From assembly GCF_001194135.2 (NCBI RefSeq), contig NC_069006.1:705509-762395 (forward strand): 56,887 nt of DNA, given 5' to 3'. This DNA comes from Octopus bimaculoides (taxonomy: Eukaryota). The notes beneath the pieces were generated by a model. The model saw only the letters and a list, made by a program, of their open reading frames with translations. It had not been told where the DNA came from and did no database searches. How positions within the stretch are numbered: the stretch's first letter is position 1; the number at the start of each line of letters is the position of its first letter. The position numbers and the translations under genes were made by a program. Of the stretch, positions 53,696 through 56,887 are shown in pieces.

Positions 53696-54689
53696 NNNNN
53701 NNNNNNNNNNNNNNNNNNNNNNNNNNNNNNNNNNNNNNNNNNNNNNNNNNNNNNNNNNNNNNNNNNNNNNNNNNNNNNNNNNNNNNNNNNNNNNNNNNNN
53801 NNNNNNNNNNNNNNNNNNNNNNNNNNNNNNNNNNNNNNNNNNNNNNNNNNNNNNNNNNNNNNNNNNNNNNNNNNNNNNNNNNNNNNNNNNNNNNNNNNNN
53901 NNNNNNNNNNNNNNNNNNNNNNNNNNNNNNNNNNNNNNNNNNNNNNNNNNNNNNNNNNNNNNNNNNNNNNNNNNNNNNNNNNNNNNNNNNNNNNNNNNNN
54001 NNNNNNNNNNNNNNNNNNNNNNGTATATATGTATATATATGTATGTGTGTGTGTGTGTATATGTTTGTGTGTCTGTGCTTGTCCCGCCAACATTGTTTGA
54101 CAACCGATGCTGGTGTGTTTATGTCCCCGTAACTTAGTGGTTCGGCAAAAGAGCCTGATAGAATAAGTACTAGGCTTACAAAGAATAAGTCCTGGAGTCG
54201 ATTTGCTCGACTAAAAGTGGTGCTCCAGCATGGCCGCAGTCAAATGACTGAAACAAGTAAAAGAGTAACCCTTTGAGTTAGCGTGTTGGACTCGTGATTG
54301 TGAGATTGTGGTATTGATTGCCTGGACTGGGTGATGTGTTCTTGAGCAAAACACTTCATTTCATGTTGCTCCAGTCCACTCAGCTGGCAAAAAATGAGTG
54401 ATCTTGTGACAGACTGGTTTCTTGAGGAATATATACACCAGATATATAGACAGGAGATGAATTAAATTAGTGAAGAGTTAGATAGAGAGGTAGAAGTATT
54501 TATCTTACACCTGTTGCTGTTCCTTTATCATATTTTAACCTGGCATTAAGCCATCTCTCTTAAAACTACTCCACCTCCTCAGTGGAAATGTCTTGTGTTG
54601 TGAGTTTTTAGGTGACCTCACTGGTGCTGGTGCCACATAAAAAAACACCCAGTTTAATTAGTAGATTGATTGACATTAAGGAAGGGCAG

Positions 54690-55359
54690 ACACTGTGTCA
54701 TCACATGTTCTTCATTGTCAGCAATGAAGGACATGTGATGCCTCCTTCCTGATTTCCACAAGGCCTTACAGTTAACTCTGCCTCCTACATTGAAGTCCTG
54801 GAAATAATTGCTAAGCCCTGAATAGACGGCGTATGCAATGGAAGGTCATATTGTGTTTCAGAAAGACTCTGCAGTATCACACATGGCTCTAGTAACACAG
54901 GAATGGATGGCTCAAAATTTCCATGATCACATAACCCCAAACATTTGGCCTCCTAATTCCCCAAATCTCAATCCATTGGACTATTACATGTGGGGCGTTG
55001 TAGAGAGAGCGAGAGAGAGATAGATAGATAGAGAGATAGAGAGGGAGAGAGAGAGAGGGAGAGAGAGAGTTAGAGAGGTCAACGAAAACTCCCATATCAC
55101 CAAAGATTCTTTGAAGGCTGCCATAGTCAGAATAATGTCCAAAATGAACCAGGACCACTTGATTCGAGTATGTAGATGATTTAGATCTCATATAGAAGCA
55201 GTTGTTGAAACTGAAGGTGGCTTTATTGAATAACATGAAAGAAAAGAAGGTTTGTTTTTATCCTCATGGCATTTTTTGATAAATAAAGTTGTTATCTGTT
55301 ATTATATAGATCCGTTTTTGGTAAACATCAATCTGCCCTCAAATATCTTACGCACCCTG
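54690..55359 (+). mobile_element. Tc1/mariner superfamily (maT/DD37D-like) transposase remnant with 3' TIR
   Basis: VFQKDSAVSH...TQEWMAQNFHDHITPNIWPPNSPNLNPLDYYMWGVVER...EAVVETEGGFIE*. The right end is ...CTTACGCACCCTG (reverse complement CAGGGTG). Confidence 0.8.
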
Positions 55360-55922
55360 TGTATGCATACAATAGGCTCTGTTCAGTTTCCATCTACGAA
55401 CTCCACTCACAAGGCTTTAGCTGACCTAAGGCTATACTAGAAGACACTTGCCCAAGGTGCCATGCAGTGGAACTGAACCCAGAACCATGCTTCTTACCAC
55501 ATGGCCACACCTACACCTATAAGCACGTTTATTAGTTTATTAAGTTGACTGAATCTAGACACAAGCTAAATACTGAAGGGCAAAATTTTTCACTTTTTCC
55601 CCTTCACAGTTCGTTTCATGTATTCGTTCATTCACGTCACTGGGTAATTCAAGTTATCGAAATACATTGTGTGTGCATATACGCATACACACATGCATGC
55701 GTGTCTACACACTATGTTTTTGCTGATAGTTCCTAAAGATGATGATCTAGATGGTCCAAACCATAGTTTTTGTATAAATATACATACATACACTCAAAGA
55801 TGCACAGACAGAAATATTATCACACGTGTCATGTTATATGACATGTTCCTCATAAATTCTGTCGGATATCATGTTACTTGCATTCTTCTTTCATTACATA
55901 TAACATATAAACAATAAGCTAT

Positions 55923-55956
<34 letters not shown>

Positions 55957-55990
55957 TTACTTACTTCTGCTACATATTTACATATTAATA

Positions 55991-56032
<42 letters not shown>

Positions 56033-56548
56033 NNNNNNNNNNNNNNNNNNNNNNNNNNNNNNNNNNNNNNNNNNNNNNNNNNNNNNNNNNNNNNNNNNNN
56101 NNNNNNNNNNNNNNNNNNNNNNNNNNNNNNNNNNNNNNNNNNNNNNNNNNNNNNNNNNNNNNNNNNNNNNNNNNNNNNNNNNNNNNNNNNNNNNNNNGTG
56201 TGTATGTGTGAGTGTGTGTGTAAGAGGATATAACTGAATGTATGGATATATATATACATTTCTCTATATTCATTTGAGAATGTCTGTGTATGCAAATAAA
56301 CATATGCGTGCACTTATAAATATTTGAAAAAAAAAAAGAAGAAAAAACTGCTTTATGACACAGTAAGTCCCCACTGTATTTGTGTATAAATGCGAGTGTA
56401 TATATCGGTGTGTATGATTCAATATATATCATCACCATCATTTATTATTATTATTATTGTTTTTTTTTAAACAGTCTGATTCAGGGTCCCACACAACTTG
56501 TTTGCCTGATATACATACATATGTATATATGTGCATATATATATATAG

Positions 56549-56887
56549 GTATTTCGTGTTGCAAGACAGTGTAGGAGAGAGAATAGTGATGTTGTAGGAG
56601 AGAAATGTGTTCGCATGGATGATGGTACGCTTGCATTAAATGAGGATGCAAAGAAAGAGGTCTGGAGATGCCACTACGATAGATTGCTTAATAAAGAGAA
56701 TGAATGGGAGAAAGAGAGCCTGCCTTATGTCGACCCAATAGAGGGACCAGCTATCCGAGTTGATAGTACCAGGGTAGATAAAGCAATTAAGAGTATGAAG
56801 ACCGGGAAAGCCCCCGGCCCATCAGGAATCACTGCAGAGATGCTCAAAATATCTGGCAGTGTTGGCTATAGCCTAGTCACCCGTATT
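56549..56887 (+). mobile_element. RTE-class non-LTR retrotransposon ORF2 fragment (endonuclease-RT linker), runs off window end
   Basis: Stop-free 113 codons VFRVARQCRRENSDVVGEKCVRMDDG...WRCHYDRLLN...DKAIKSMKTGKAPGPSGITAEMLKISG. KAPGPxGIxAExLK is the typical motif just upstream of LINE RT. Confidence 0.85.

Larger units (their letters stand above)
4413..56197. other. Assembly gaps (about 19 N runs; largest about 23049-24012, 46301-47239, 49469-50404, 28510-29195, 45104-45770)
   Basis: N runs are visible and most abut (TA)n or (CA)n tracts. The X-rich ORFs are artefacts. Confidence 0.95.

Noticed and set aside
55607-55645. Plus-strand mini-exon (ttcacAG…GG|GTaatt)
   Set aside because: An isolated splice-like pair with no partner exons, expected by chance at this scale.
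4356-56441. Long X-containing ORFs and ORFs rich in IY/HT/VC/poly-H/poly-V
   Set aside because: They are translations of N gaps and microsatellites.

Overview
AT-rich eukaryotic (animal) genomic DNA from a gapped draft assembly, with about 19 N-gaps mostly bordered by (TA)n. It is dominated by microsatellites, at least four SINE-like families, RTE-class LINE fragments, Tc1/mariner remnants and foldback/MITE elements. This repeat landscape resembles an octopus/coleoid cephalopod genome (inference from pattern recognition only). Almost all ORFs in the supplied track are microsatellite or gap artefacts. The main biological signal is a spliced minus-strand gene assembled by hand from five GT-AG exons with mutually compatible phases (33199-33039, 25737-25659, 16956-16880, 16205-15954, 14267-14142). 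It encodes a TNF-receptor-superfamily-like type I membrane protein: cysteine-rich domains, a transmembrane helix, a PTQEE TRAF-type motif and a possible death-domain start. Its 5' exons and last exon could not be fixed. Notable non-coding structures are a self-complementary 44-bp array next to an exon, a foldback element enclosing a degenerate hammerhead-ribozyme-like core, hairpin-capped repeat fragments and inverted SINE pairs around exons. No prokaryotic features, CRISPR arrays, rRNA or bona fide tRNA genes were found.
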